64,000 nucleotides of DNA from Candidatus Borrarchaeum weybense (GTDB lineage Archaea; Asgardarchaeota; Sifarchaeia; Borrarchaeales; Borrarchaeaceae), in NCBI GenBank assembly GCA_019057385.1, contig JAHQJS010000007.1, positions 448,001 through 512,000 of the forward strand. Direction: 5' to 3'. The notes under the pieces were generated by a model, which worked only from the letters and a program-made list of their open reading frames with translations, was not told the origin of the DNA and ran no database searches. Shown in pieces: positions 27,945-37,010 of this stretch. Every line of letters starts with the position of its first letter. The first letter of the stretch is position 1. The translations under genes and the position numbers were made by a program.

Positions 27945-29138
27945 ATGAGAATAGGAATCGTTGCAATGAGCGGAATATATCCTGCAAGCATCGGTGGACC
28001 TGAAGTCTATATTTATTATTTATCACGAGAGTTGGCATCTCAAAATAATGAACTACATATATTTACTAGGGTAGAAAATCGGAATGATTTAAACAAGTTA
28101 AAACACATTTCTGAAGAAATCCCTAATGTTCAAATCTATCCTTTGGTTATGAAGTATAATATTTCAAATTTATTGAATCTGCCCGTATTTCTACGTCAAT
28201 TTAAACAAATAACACAGATGTTTAAAAAAACTGTAAAAAAACTAGATGTGATCCACTATAATGCACCTCCTGTTGATATAGCATTTATTTTCGCATTATT
28301 TGCAAAGCGGCATTCAAAAATTCAAACATATTTTTTGCATCATGGACTCTTCGCTGAAATGGGCGACATTCTTTCAAATTATGGAATGCCAGCTCAATTT
28401 GAGATAGTTTTCCAAAATCTTTTTAGATTTCTTGCAAAAATGAAGTTCTTTACTCGTGTTATTGTTCCAAATAATTATGCTCTTAATTTAGCAATCAAAA
28501 ATGGGGTCTCTAAGGCTCAGACATGTCGAATTCGTGTTGGAGTAGATATATCAAGATTTCAAAAAGCAGATCCTTTTAATCTAAAAGGAAAACCAAAAAT
28601 ATTATTTGTTGGACGACTTGCTAAGATTAAAGGTATTGATGTCCTTTTGAAGGCGTTTAATAAATTACTTCCCAAATATCCAGAATCAATACTATATATT
28701 CTAGGAAAAGGCGAATATAGACATTATTTAGAACGACTAGCTCAAAAGTTAGACATTGAGAAATCAGTTAATTTTCTAGGTTTCGTGTCTGATGATGATC
28801 TTCCTCGATACTTAAAATCATGTGATATCTTTGTTGTCTCTTCTTTTAGAGAAAACCAACCGATTACAATTCTAGAAGCAATGGCTTCTCAAATTCCAGT
28901 CATCGCAACGAATATTGAAGGAATCGATGAAATCATAAAACACGAAGAAAATGGGCTTTTAGTCCCAAAAAATGACATAGAATCACTTGCAATCGAAATA
29001 ATTAGACTTTTAGAAGACAGGCAGCTTTTTGATGCTCTGACAAAAAATGGTTTTACTACTGTTGAGAAAAATCATTCTTACAAACATATTGGGTCAAAAT
29101 TCACAGAATTATTTGAAGAATTACTAAAGAATCGATAA
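27945..29138 (+). CDS. GT4 glycosyltransferase
   Basis: YPASIGGPE, ILFVGRLAKIKG, ENQPITILEAMA. Confidence 0.95.
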   Translation: MRIGIVAMSGIYPASIGGPEVYIYYLSRELASQNNELHIFTRVENRNDLNKLKHISEEIPNVQIYPLVMKYNISNLLNLPVFLRQFKQITQMFKKTVKKLDVIHYNAPPVDIAFIFALFAKRHSKIQTYFLHHGLFAEMGDILSNYGMPAQFEIVFQNLFRFLAKMKFFTRVIVPNNYALNLAIKNGVSKAQTCRIRVGVDISRFQKADPFNLKGKPKILFVGRLAKIKGIDVLLKAFNKLLPKYPESILYILGKGEYRHYLERLAQKLDIEKSVNFLGFVSDDDLPRYLKSCDIFVVSSFRENQPITILEAMASQIPVIATNIEGIDEIIKHEENGLLVPKNDIESLAIEIIRLLEDRQLFDALTKNGFTTVEKNHSYKHIGSKFTELFEELLKNR

Positions 29139-29227
29139 TTTAGTTGTAATAAAGACACTTTGAAATTATAACCTATTTTATAAAAACTGCTGAGAATCGT
29201 TTTAATTAATATAAAAAGTGTTTACGA

Positions 29228-30352
29228 ATGAAAATTCCAGGAGAATTAAGTGAAGTTTGTAATAATATTGCTACAATTTGTCCTTGGAACATCTTAGCAA
29301 TAGTTCTTATTGGATCCTTTTCTACAGCAGAAGGTACCTTTTTCCAAATTCATAAAGATGAAAAAAAGTCACTTAGTGACTATGATCTTGAAATTCTTGT
29401 GAAATTTTATGACCCTTTTCTTCTAAAAAAAGCCAATTTTATTGCTAGTCAATCCAATTTAAAAATTTCAATCGGAATAATGCCGATTAGCCAACTTAGT
29501 AAATTAAAAATGATTCAAACATATGATATGAAAATGAAAGGCGTTTTCATAATTGGCAATAAAGAATTGTTAGATAGTATACCAATGGAAGTTCCTTCAG
29601 ACATTCCAAAATATGAAGCGATTCGTCGTTTATTAAACAGCGTTATGGAGATGAATGAAGCAATCGGAAGTTGTGAATATCTTAACTCTTCAAAACGCTC
29701 TAATCTCACTGTAAAGATTAAATATTCAATAGCGAAGTCTTATTTAGCGTGTTGCACAGCTTTACTCACATTAGTAGGAAAATATCTACCTACATACCAA
29801 GAGCGTAATCAATTATTCTCTAAGTTATTTAAATCATACTTTAAAGAATTGCATAGAAAATACCCTTCTTTCCCAATCAAAGTCCGTTTGGCGTTGAAGT
29901 TTAAATTGAACACAAAATCCACTGAATTGAGCGAATTCCCACAAGAATGGTTTGAAGCACGAGATTATCTTTTAAGTACACTTAAGTATGTTTTATCAAA
30001 ATATTTTAGAGCCTCAAATACAAACCTTTTCAACTTATTAAAAAATTTAGAAGTTTTACCACCAAAACCATTCCTTAATATCGCTTATGCGTTAAGTTTG
30101 CTTTTTAAAAAGAAAATACCACCAATTAGGGCATTTTTTATTACATCAATGCTTGAAATACAAACTGCTGGTGTGTATTTGATAAAATCCATAAATGAGG
30201 ATGGATCTATTAATGAAGAACTATTGAATAAGGCTCGTGAAAAGATAAAGAAGTTTTATCCGATCAATAAACGCTCTATAAAAGATTGGAATTCAATAAA
30301 AAATGTAATTGTCCATGCATGGAATATTGCACCTGATTATTCGATGGATTAG
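29228..30352 (+). CDS. DNA-pol-beta-superfamily nucleotidyltransferase with a helical C-terminal domain
   Basis: IVLIGSFS..EG and SDYDLEI (GS plus DxD) motifs; 9 bp from the next gene. Confidence 0.7.
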   Translation: MKIPGELSEVCNNIATICPWNILAIVLIGSFSTAEGTFFQIHKDEKKSLSDYDLEILVKFYDPFLLKKANFIASQSNLKISIGIMPISQLSKLKMIQTYDMKMKGVFIIGNKELLDSIPMEVPSDIPKYEAIRRLLNSVMEMNEAIGSCEYLNSSKRSNLTVKIKYSIAKSYLACCTALLTLVGKYLPTYQERNQLFSKLFKSYFKELHRKYPSFPIKVRLALKFKLNTKSTELSEFPQEWFEARDYLLSTLKYVLSKYFRASNTNLFNLLKNLEVLPPKPFLNIAYALSLLFKKKIPPIRAFFITSMLEIQTAGVYLIKSINEDGSINEELLNKAREKIKKFYPINKRSIKDWNSIKNVIVHAWNIAPDYSMD

Positions 30353-30361
30353 GAGATTAAA

Positions 30362-31474
30362 TTGTCTGAAAAACTATTGGTTATAGTGATTGATGCATTC
30401 CGATATTCTTACTTGAATAAAAAACTGACTCCTAATCTGTTTGAATTGGCTGAAGCAGGATCCTTTGCTAAGTTAGAAAGCGTTTTGGGTTATTCTGATA
30501 CTGCTAAATTTTCCATGATCACAGGAGCGTATCCTGAAGAAACTGGTATCTGGGCAGAATTTATTTTAAAGCAAAAAACATCTCCAACTCGCCTTGAATA
30601 TTTACCTTTAGATTATTTCCCACATTTGATTAGCGCACCTATAAAATTGCTTTTTTCCAGTTTTTTAAATTTAAATTTAAGAAACATTCCTCTGAATCTT
30701 TTGAAATATTTTGAGCCCGCAAAAGAACATAAGCATATGGTAACTCTTTTTGATCTTTTTAATAAACATTCCATTTCTTACTTTGATTACGAAGAGAGAA
30801 ATCTTAAAATTCTTGAGCGAGGAGTTATAAAAAAGATTGAAAGTACGGATATCGATGTTGTTTTTCTTAAAATTCCCGATTTAGATCTTCAAGGTCATAT
30901 ATGGGGAGTTAATTCGTCATCCACAATAAAACGAATTGTTAGTGTTGATAAACATATTAAACGCATTTTAAACTCTTTCAAATCAGAGGTATGGAATGAG
31001 GAGTTTAACACGATTATAATGTCTGACCATGGTATGGTTCAAGTAAAACAATATATTGATCTAGCAAATGTTCTCAGGCGTTTTTGTAAGGAAGAAAAAG
31101 ATTTTATTGCATTTTATGACGCTACTCTTGCTCGCTTTTGGTTCAAGAATGCTTATGCCAAAGATAAAGTGTCTAATTATCTTAACAGTCTTAAAATTGG
31201 AAAAATCTTAGATGAAACAGAACTGAAAGAATTTGGAGTCTATTTTCCAGATAAAAGATATGGTGAATTGATCTTTCTTCTTGACCCTGGATACATCATT
31301 TTTCCAAATTTTTATGAGGTTTTACCCTTCCCGCCTAGAGGAATGCACGGATATGACCCAAAATTCAAAGATATGTTAGGAATACTCATTTGTTCCAATG
31401 ATTTAAGCAAGAATACTGTAAAAATTGTGGATATTTTCCGCATAATTCTAGAAATGCTAAATATCTCATATTAA
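30362..31474 (+). CDS. Alkaline phosphatase superfamily, NPP/type I phosphodiesterase-like
   Basis: VIVIDAFR, GYSDT..SMITG.YP, DLQGH, SDHGM, GMHGY metal-binding motifs; AGGAG SD. Confidence 0.88.
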   Translation: MSEKLLVIVIDAFRYSYLNKKLTPNLFELAEAGSFAKLESVLGYSDTAKFSMITGAYPEETGIWAEFILKQKTSPTRLEYLPLDYFPHLISAPIKLLFSSFLNLNLRNIPLNLLKYFEPAKEHKHMVTLFDLFNKHSISYFDYEERNLKILERGVIKKIESTDIDVVFLKIPDLDLQGHIWGVNSSSTIKRIVSVDKHIKRILNSFKSEVWNEEFNTIIMSDHGMVQVKQYIDLANVLRRFCKEEKDFIAFYDATLARFWFKNAYAKDKVSNYLNSLKIGKILDETELKEFGVYFPDKRYGELIFLLDPGYIIFPNFYEVLPFPPRGMHGYDPKFKDMLGILICSNDLSKNTVKIVDIFRIILEMLNISY

Positions 31475-32253
31475 CTCAAGAATTTTTGAAATGTAATACG
31501 TAATAAGGCAAAAACAATTTTCAAACCATCTAAGATTGTTGTTCCCTTTTCGATTGCTTCTTGTACCAAATTATCTTTGATTGGAACCTCAACAATCTTC
31601 AACTGCGATTTAGCAGCCTCGATTATCATTTCACTCTCTATTTCAAATCTATTGCTTCGCAAATTAAGATCAAGCAATTTGTCACGTCTAATAGCTCTAA
31701 AACCGCATTGTGATTCCTTAACTGGGTTACTAAAACCAGTAAATAGATTGGTTATAAAAGTCAATATTTGATTTCCAAATACTTTGTATTCAGGTATAGC
31801 AGATTTGCCGTCTTGGATGAATCGACTTCCAATTGCCAAATCCGCTTTTCCGTGCAAAATAGGTTCAGCCAACTTAGGAATGAAATCTGGATTATCTTGG
31901 CCATCTGCGTCAATAAAAACAATAACTTCAGTTTTATTATTTTTTAGTGTTTCAATTGCTGTTCTAATAGCATTACCCTTACCTAAGTTCTTTTTGTGTT
32001 TTACTACTAATGCTCCTAAAGAACGAGCCACGTCAGCAGTTGAATCTATACTACCATCATCAATTACAATAACTTTTTTTGAGAATCTTAAACAGTTTTT
32101 GACTATAGGCGAGATACGATTTTCCTCATTATAGGCTGCTATTACTGTGATTATATTTCCTTTTTGCCCTCTTTTGTTTAAAGAACCAAATTCTAATAAT
32201 TCGCCACTAGAATTGCTTTTAACTCTTTTTGCTTCCACGGTAGCAACCCACAC
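31471..32253 (-). CDS. GT2 polyprenol-phosphate glycosyltransferase (DPM1-like)
   Basis: AAYNEE, DDGSID, NLGKG, DADGQ, GSRF, ESQCGFRA, FEIESEM. Confidence 0.92.
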   Translation of the reverse strand: MWVATVEAKRVKSNSSGELLEFGSLNKRGQKGNIITVIAAYNEENRISPIVKNCLRFSKKVIVIDDGSIDSTADVARSLGALVVKHKKNLGKGNAIRTAIETLKNNKTEVIVFIDADGQDNPDFIPKLAEPILHGKADLAIGSRFIQDGKSAIPEYKVFGNQILTFITNLFTGFSNPVKESQCGFRAIRRDKLLDLNLRSNRFEIESEMIIEAAKSQLKIVEVPIKDNLVQEAIEKGTTILDGLKIVFALLRITFQKFLS

Positions 32254-32390
32254 TAAAAACGATTCTCATCAATATCTTTCTTTAATTTTTAATTCAAAAT
32301 ACAAATTAAAATATGTTTTTATGAATTCTAACTGAGTATTTTTCTACGAAAAAATTATTTGACGAATCAAAATATTCATTCTTTGGAATT

Positions 32391-33473
32391 TCATTCCTTC
32401 AATTGTAGTATTCTGCTTTCTAATTGATTTATCTTAATCTTTAGTTGTCTGGATGCAAATACTCCTCCGCCACCAATTGATATTAATATAATTAAATTCG
32501 CTATAACATAGTAAAACAAAATTGTAAAACGACCATAAGAAAGTCCTAACCATTCAATAAATCTCAAAATTAGTGGTAGTGGCGCATATATTCCCCATAT
32601 ATATGAAATCACAAAAATCATAAGCAATGCCACACTGAGATAAGTTAAGGAAGTGAAAAATAATAGCCTCGACTCAATTCTTTCTTTGTAACAATATATA
32701 CAAAGATTTTGGTAGTTTAAGCTGCATAATTCACAGATAGATCTTGTACATCTTAAACAGGTCATTTGAGGTATTTGCGAAGGATGAATTTCGCAGGTTT
32801 TTTTATCAAAAATTTCTTTAACTTTTTCTTTAATTATTTCATCGTCGTCATGCCTGCTTTCTGTCAATACTTCCATTTTTGCAATGTATTCAAAGAGGAA
32901 TACGGTAAAAATGAAAAAAATTGAAATCTCAATTAGAATTGGAAAAACGTAAGAAATTATGTTGAATTCAATACCAATTGCAACAAGAATTAATAGAATT
33001 GAAAACAAAACAACAGGGAACTTTAAAAATAGCCTACTTAGCTTTCCTTGTTTTAACACAATTTTTAGTTCATTCGTGAAGAAAATCAAAAAGAAGATGA
33101 TAATTAATAATGAGATTGTTAGACTAGTCGTTAATAATAAAATTAGGGAGGCAATTATTAGTAGGGAAATATAAACACTCCTTCTATATGCTAATATTGA
33201 CTCAACGTTCCTTCTTTGGTTCAGCACATACTCAATCGTCTTTAGTCGCGGAATAATCGCTAGTAGTATACAACTAAACAACGTGATTTGAACAAACGTG
33301 TAATATAAATAATTAAACGATTTTTGAATTAAGAAATAGAATAGAAATAAGAATATCAAAGAAATGATTGAAATCAAGAGATATTGATTATTTCTTTGAA
33401 TTTGTGTATCAAATAGTGGATTTATATCCTTTAAAGCAGTTTGCATTAATTGATTATCTTTTTGATGGTCCAC
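32391..33473 (-). CDS. Polytopic membrane protein with a B-box-like zinc finger
   Basis: About 6 TMs, then C-x2-H-x8-C-x2-C-x4-C-x2-C-x7-C-x2-C (32692-32795), then 2 TMs. Confidence 0.75.
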   Translation of the reverse strand: MDHQKDNQLMQTALKDINPLFDTQIQRNNQYLLISIISLIFLFLFYFLIQKSFNYLYYTFVQITLFSCILLAIIPRLKTIEYVLNQRRNVESILAYRRSVYISLLIIASLILLLTTSLTISLLIIIFFLIFFTNELKIVLKQGKLSRLFLKFPVVLFSILLILVAIGIEFNIISYVFPILIEISIFFIFTVFLFEYIAKMEVLTESRHDDDEIIKEKVKEIFDKKTCEIHPSQIPQMTCLRCTRSICELCSLNYQNLCIYCYKERIESRLLFFTSLTYLSVALLMIFVISYIWGIYAPLPLILRFIEWLGLSYGRFTILFYYVIANLIILISIGGGGVFASRQLKIKINQLESRILQLKE

Positions 33474-33496
33474 GAAAGCACCACAAGGTAGAAATT

Positions 33497-34087
33497 TTAT
33501 CTTTGAAATCTAATTAGATTAATCATGTTTTTAATGAAAAAACTTGTACCCACAAACATTATTATTATGCAAAGGTAGATTAGTTCTGGGACAGGATTTA
33601 AAGTCTTATAGTAAATTGAAACGATTCCACTTCCTGTAACAGGGACGATTATAAACTCAGCAAGTGGATAATCAGTAAATATTAGTTTATCAAGAGAAGG
33701 CGGATTGATTGATACTTCAACTGTAATATGTTCTATTGATGATTCAGAATTCATTGAAAGGGCATATAGTACGCTTGAAGATAGATTTTCCCTTACAAAA
33801 AGAAAAATATCTACGTCCAAATCCCCAGAAATTGGCTCAGTTGCAACTTCAACAATACTTCCATCCTTTACTCGCAATTCGACTGACATTTTTTGATCCA
33901 GGATTAATATTTCACTAACTGATCTTTCTCCCGTTAATTCCGTTCGCCTCGAATCAAGATAAATTTGTTGTTCGCTGGAATATTCTATATACTTAAAATC
34001 AACAGTTAATTCAGCGATGACAAAAGATGAGAGCAATATAAAGAAAAACGCGAATACTAGTTTGATTTGTCTTGATCTCAGTTTCAT
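33497..34087 (-). CDS. Hypothetical protein with N- and C-terminal TM helices around a beta-rich domain
   Basis: Hydrophobic ends; 23 bp upstream of the B-box gene on the same strand. Confidence 0.7.
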   Translation of the reverse strand: MKLRSRQIKLVFAFFFILLSSFVIAELTVDFKYIEYSSEQQIYLDSRRTELTGERSVSEILILDQKMSVELRVKDGSIVEVATEPISGDLDVDIFLFVRENLSSSVLYALSMNSESSIEHITVEVSINPPSLDKLIFTDYPLAEFIIVPVTGSGIVSIYYKTLNPVPELIYLCIIIMFVGTSFFIKNMINLIRFQR

Positions 34088-34225
34088 CTCTTCTCACATT
34101 TTTTGTACTGAACACATTCTTAGAATCTGTTATATTATTCAATGTTCTTTTTTATGATAGAACAAAGACTAATACTATTACGTTAAATATTTCACTATTT
34201 AACTCAAAATAGGCGGAGAACATTC

Positions 34226-35449
34226 TTGAGAATTTGTATAGTTATTCCGTATAATGTCGTAGAAAGTCATCATGGGAACGCCATCAGAGTAATGAATTTG
34301 ATACAATTTCTCTCAAGAAGACATAAATTAACAGTGCTCATGTATGACCTTTTCAATAAACGAAGGGGACTAAAATCACAAAAAATTGATTCTTATTTTC
34401 TATCTGTTGATTTATGGATTACATTCGCCTCTTTTTTTTCTAAAAATTTTTTAAAAGCATCATCTTTTGATTTATTGTCCTCTACTTTTCCACCTTCTTA
34501 TAAATTCAAATCTACTTTGAATAAAATATTAGAAAAGAATAATATTGATATTCTACAGTGCGAAAATGCTTGGACTGTCTCAAATTCAATTACACCTGCA
34601 AGAAATAAAGGCATTCCCGTGATAGCAACCCTTCACGATGTTTTAAGTGAAAGAGTGCCACAGCTATGTAAGAGTCTCAATACACCCCAAATCATAGCTA
34701 AGAAGCTAATTTCTAAAACAAAAGATTTCGAATTGAAAGCTATCAATCAAACCGATATGAATGCATGTGTTTCAGAAGAAGATATCAAAACATTTACCAG
34801 TCTTGGATGTGATCCACAAAAGTTTATTGTTATCCCAAATGGAGTTGATACCAAACTCTTTCGTCCCATGTATAAGAACCATGATTTATTAAGGAAGCTA
34901 AAGTTATTGGATGCAAATCCTATCATTTTATTTGCAGGAAGCGATATGTATCAAAACAGGATTGCTGTAAATGAAATAATTACCAAGATACTCCCAAATC
35001 TAATAAAGACAAGTAAAGATGCCAAAATTCTGATTATTGGGACAATTGGGAAATATCTCAACAAATTACTCCAAAAAGTTCCATCAATATCAAAATATCT
35101 TATAAGTATTGGCTATGTAAAAGAAATTCTGCCCTATTATAGCATTTCAGACGTTGTTATCTTGCCTCTTAACTTCGGAACTGGAACAAAATTAAAGATG
35201 TTAGAGGCAATGGCAGCTGGAAAAGCAATAATTTCTACAAATATAGGCGCAAAAGGTATCAAACAAATTGTGGAGAAAAGTGTAATAATTGAAGACAATC
35301 TGCAATATTATTATCGCCACATTAAAGGAATAACTGAAAATGAGGAATACAAGACTGAACTTGAAAAAAAATCAAGGACAACAGCGCTCCAATATGATTG
35401 GAGAAACATTGCTGTGATGTATGACAAATTATATAGAAAAATTACTTAA
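34226..35449 (+). CDS. GT4 glycosyltransferase
   Basis: HGNAIRV, IPNGVD, GTGTKLKMLEAMAAGK. Confidence 0.93.
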   Translation: MRICIVIPYNVVESHHGNAIRVMNLIQFLSRRHKLTVLMYDLFNKRRGLKSQKIDSYFLSVDLWITFASFFSKNFLKASSFDLLSSTFPPSYKFKSTLNKILEKNNIDILQCENAWTVSNSITPARNKGIPVIATLHDVLSERVPQLCKSLNTPQIIAKKLISKTKDFELKAINQTDMNACVSEEDIKTFTSLGCDPQKFIVIPNGVDTKLFRPMYKNHDLLRKLKLLDANPIILFAGSDMYQNRIAVNEIITKILPNLIKTSKDAKILIIGTIGKYLNKLLQKVPSISKYLISIGYVKEILPYYSISDVVILPLNFGTGTKLKMLEAMAAGKAIISTNIGAKGIKQIVEKSVIIEDNLQYYYRHIKGITENEEYKTELEKKSRTTALQYDWRNIAVMYDKLYRKIT

Positions 35450-35628
35450 TTGATTTCATGGAATTACGAATTTTCACTATGCATCCTCAAAGACCGCATT
35501 TTAAATTAAGTTTTGCTTTTTCTTCTTTGTAGGTTCTTTAATTAAAGTTTTTATACCATCTGTTAATAATAAAGAGACTAATACCTTTAACTGCTTGTCT
35601 AGATATTTTTTAATGAACTGCTCAAAAT

Positions 35629-36930
35629 TCATTTGATTAATAATAATTTTGAGAGTTTTAATTTAGTAAGTAAGTTGTATGGCTTTTCAGCATATAGTAG
35701 ATAGATGAGAATAGGCGAAACAACTTGAATCATTAAATAGTATGTATAAGTCAAAATTGTTCTAAGTAAGGAGATTGGAAGCCCCCATGCTATTATCTCC
35801 AAAAACCATGCTAAATGTAATATAATAGTAGGTATTTTGAATTCTTTAGAATAACTAACAAAAAGTAGCGCCATAAACCACATACTATAGTGTAAATAAT
35901 ACAATCTATTGAAATAAGTAATTGAAAATAAAGATAAAGTTGTTAAACGCACTAATATTTCTTGAGAATTATATTTCTGAATTGCAAGAAACAAAACAAG
36001 CCCTAACTGAACTAAGAAAGGCATAAAAATTAATAATATTGAGGGCACACCTAATTTCAATAAGGCAACCCAAGGCGAAGCACCGCTTATGGGAAGTTTT
36101 GTTTCTACCAGTACTGCCCCACCTCTAGTTAATAAAACATAAGAATACAAAACTCCCTCAGGACTTAAAATAAAGTATGGCAAATAAGCAAAAAGACATA
36201 CCAGTAATGTGAAAATAGGATATTGGAGAATTTCATAACTCTTAGATTTATTATCGTATAGATACTTAATAAAAAGAGGAAGAAGAAAAACAGGAAAATA
36301 CTTGAGCATAATTCCACAACCTAAACAAATTGCAGAGAGATTAAGCTTTTTATTCAAGAAAAAATACAATGAAAGAACCGAGAACAACATAGCAATATGA
36401 TCGTGATGTTGTGCTTCAGCATAAACTACTATTGGCGAAATCGTATAAAGTAGCGATAGATAAAACGCGAGATTTTCGTTCTTCCACATCATTAAAACAG
36501 TTTTATATATTAAGACACATAATAACGTCCCAAAACCAAAATTAAAAAGAGGAACAAATACATAAACAAAATTGTAAAAGTTCCAATTTGATAAATAGCA
36601 TAAAAACAGAATATAGGTTACTCCTAACGGTGGAAATGAGCATTCATAATCCCTATAGGGTATTAAGCCGTATTGGGATAGACTATATCTAGAATACCAC
36701 TCAGGTACATCAACACTAAAAAGATTGCCTCCTTCTAAACCAGGATATATCGGAAAGTTCGGTCTAACAAAAAAATTTAGTATGATAAGATAAACTAGTC
36801 TCACGATCACTGAAAAAATTGTTAATTGTATGAGCCTATTTGCCTTCAGAATATTAGTCAATAGATTAACCACCCACTCCAAAAATAAATTATTGATTTC
36901 AGAATTCAATTGAATTGATATTTTCACCAA
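35629..36930 (-). CDS. GT-C glycosyltransferase (GT87/PimE/PIG-M-like)
   Basis: About 11 TMs; DVPEWY, PYRDYECSFPPLG, HDHI, G..LKYFP motifs. Confidence 0.75.
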   Translation of the reverse strand: MVKISIQLNSEINNLFLEWVVNLLTNILKANRLIQLTIFSVIVRLVYLIILNFFVRPNFPIYPGLEGGNLFSVDVPEWYSRYSLSQYGLIPYRDYECSFPPLGVTYILFLCYLSNWNFYNFVYVFVPLFNFGFGTLLCVLIYKTVLMMWKNENLAFYLSLLYTISPIVVYAEAQHHDHIAMLFSVLSLYFFLNKKLNLSAICLGCGIMLKYFPVFLLPLFIKYLYDNKSKSYEILQYPIFTLLVCLFAYLPYFILSPEGVLYSYVLLTRGGAVLVETKLPISGASPWVALLKLGVPSILLIFMPFLVQLGLVLFLAIQKYNSQEILVRLTTLSLFSITYFNRLYYLHYSMWFMALLFVSYSKEFKIPTIILHLAWFLEIIAWGLPISLLRTILTYTYYLMIQVVSPILIYLLYAEKPYNLLTKLKLSKLLLIK

Positions 36931-37010
36931 GATTGTTTTTAAAATATTGTGAATGAGAAAATTAAAAAGTTAAGTTGTCAATTGACTTTTTTTAATGAGT
37001 TTTTTGCTCA

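Noticed and set aside
29228-30352. MNT-HEPN toxin-antitoxin or CBASS cyclase
   Set aside because: No separate HEPN toxin or CBASS effector nearby; the context is a glycosyltransferase run with a coupled AlkP-fold gene.
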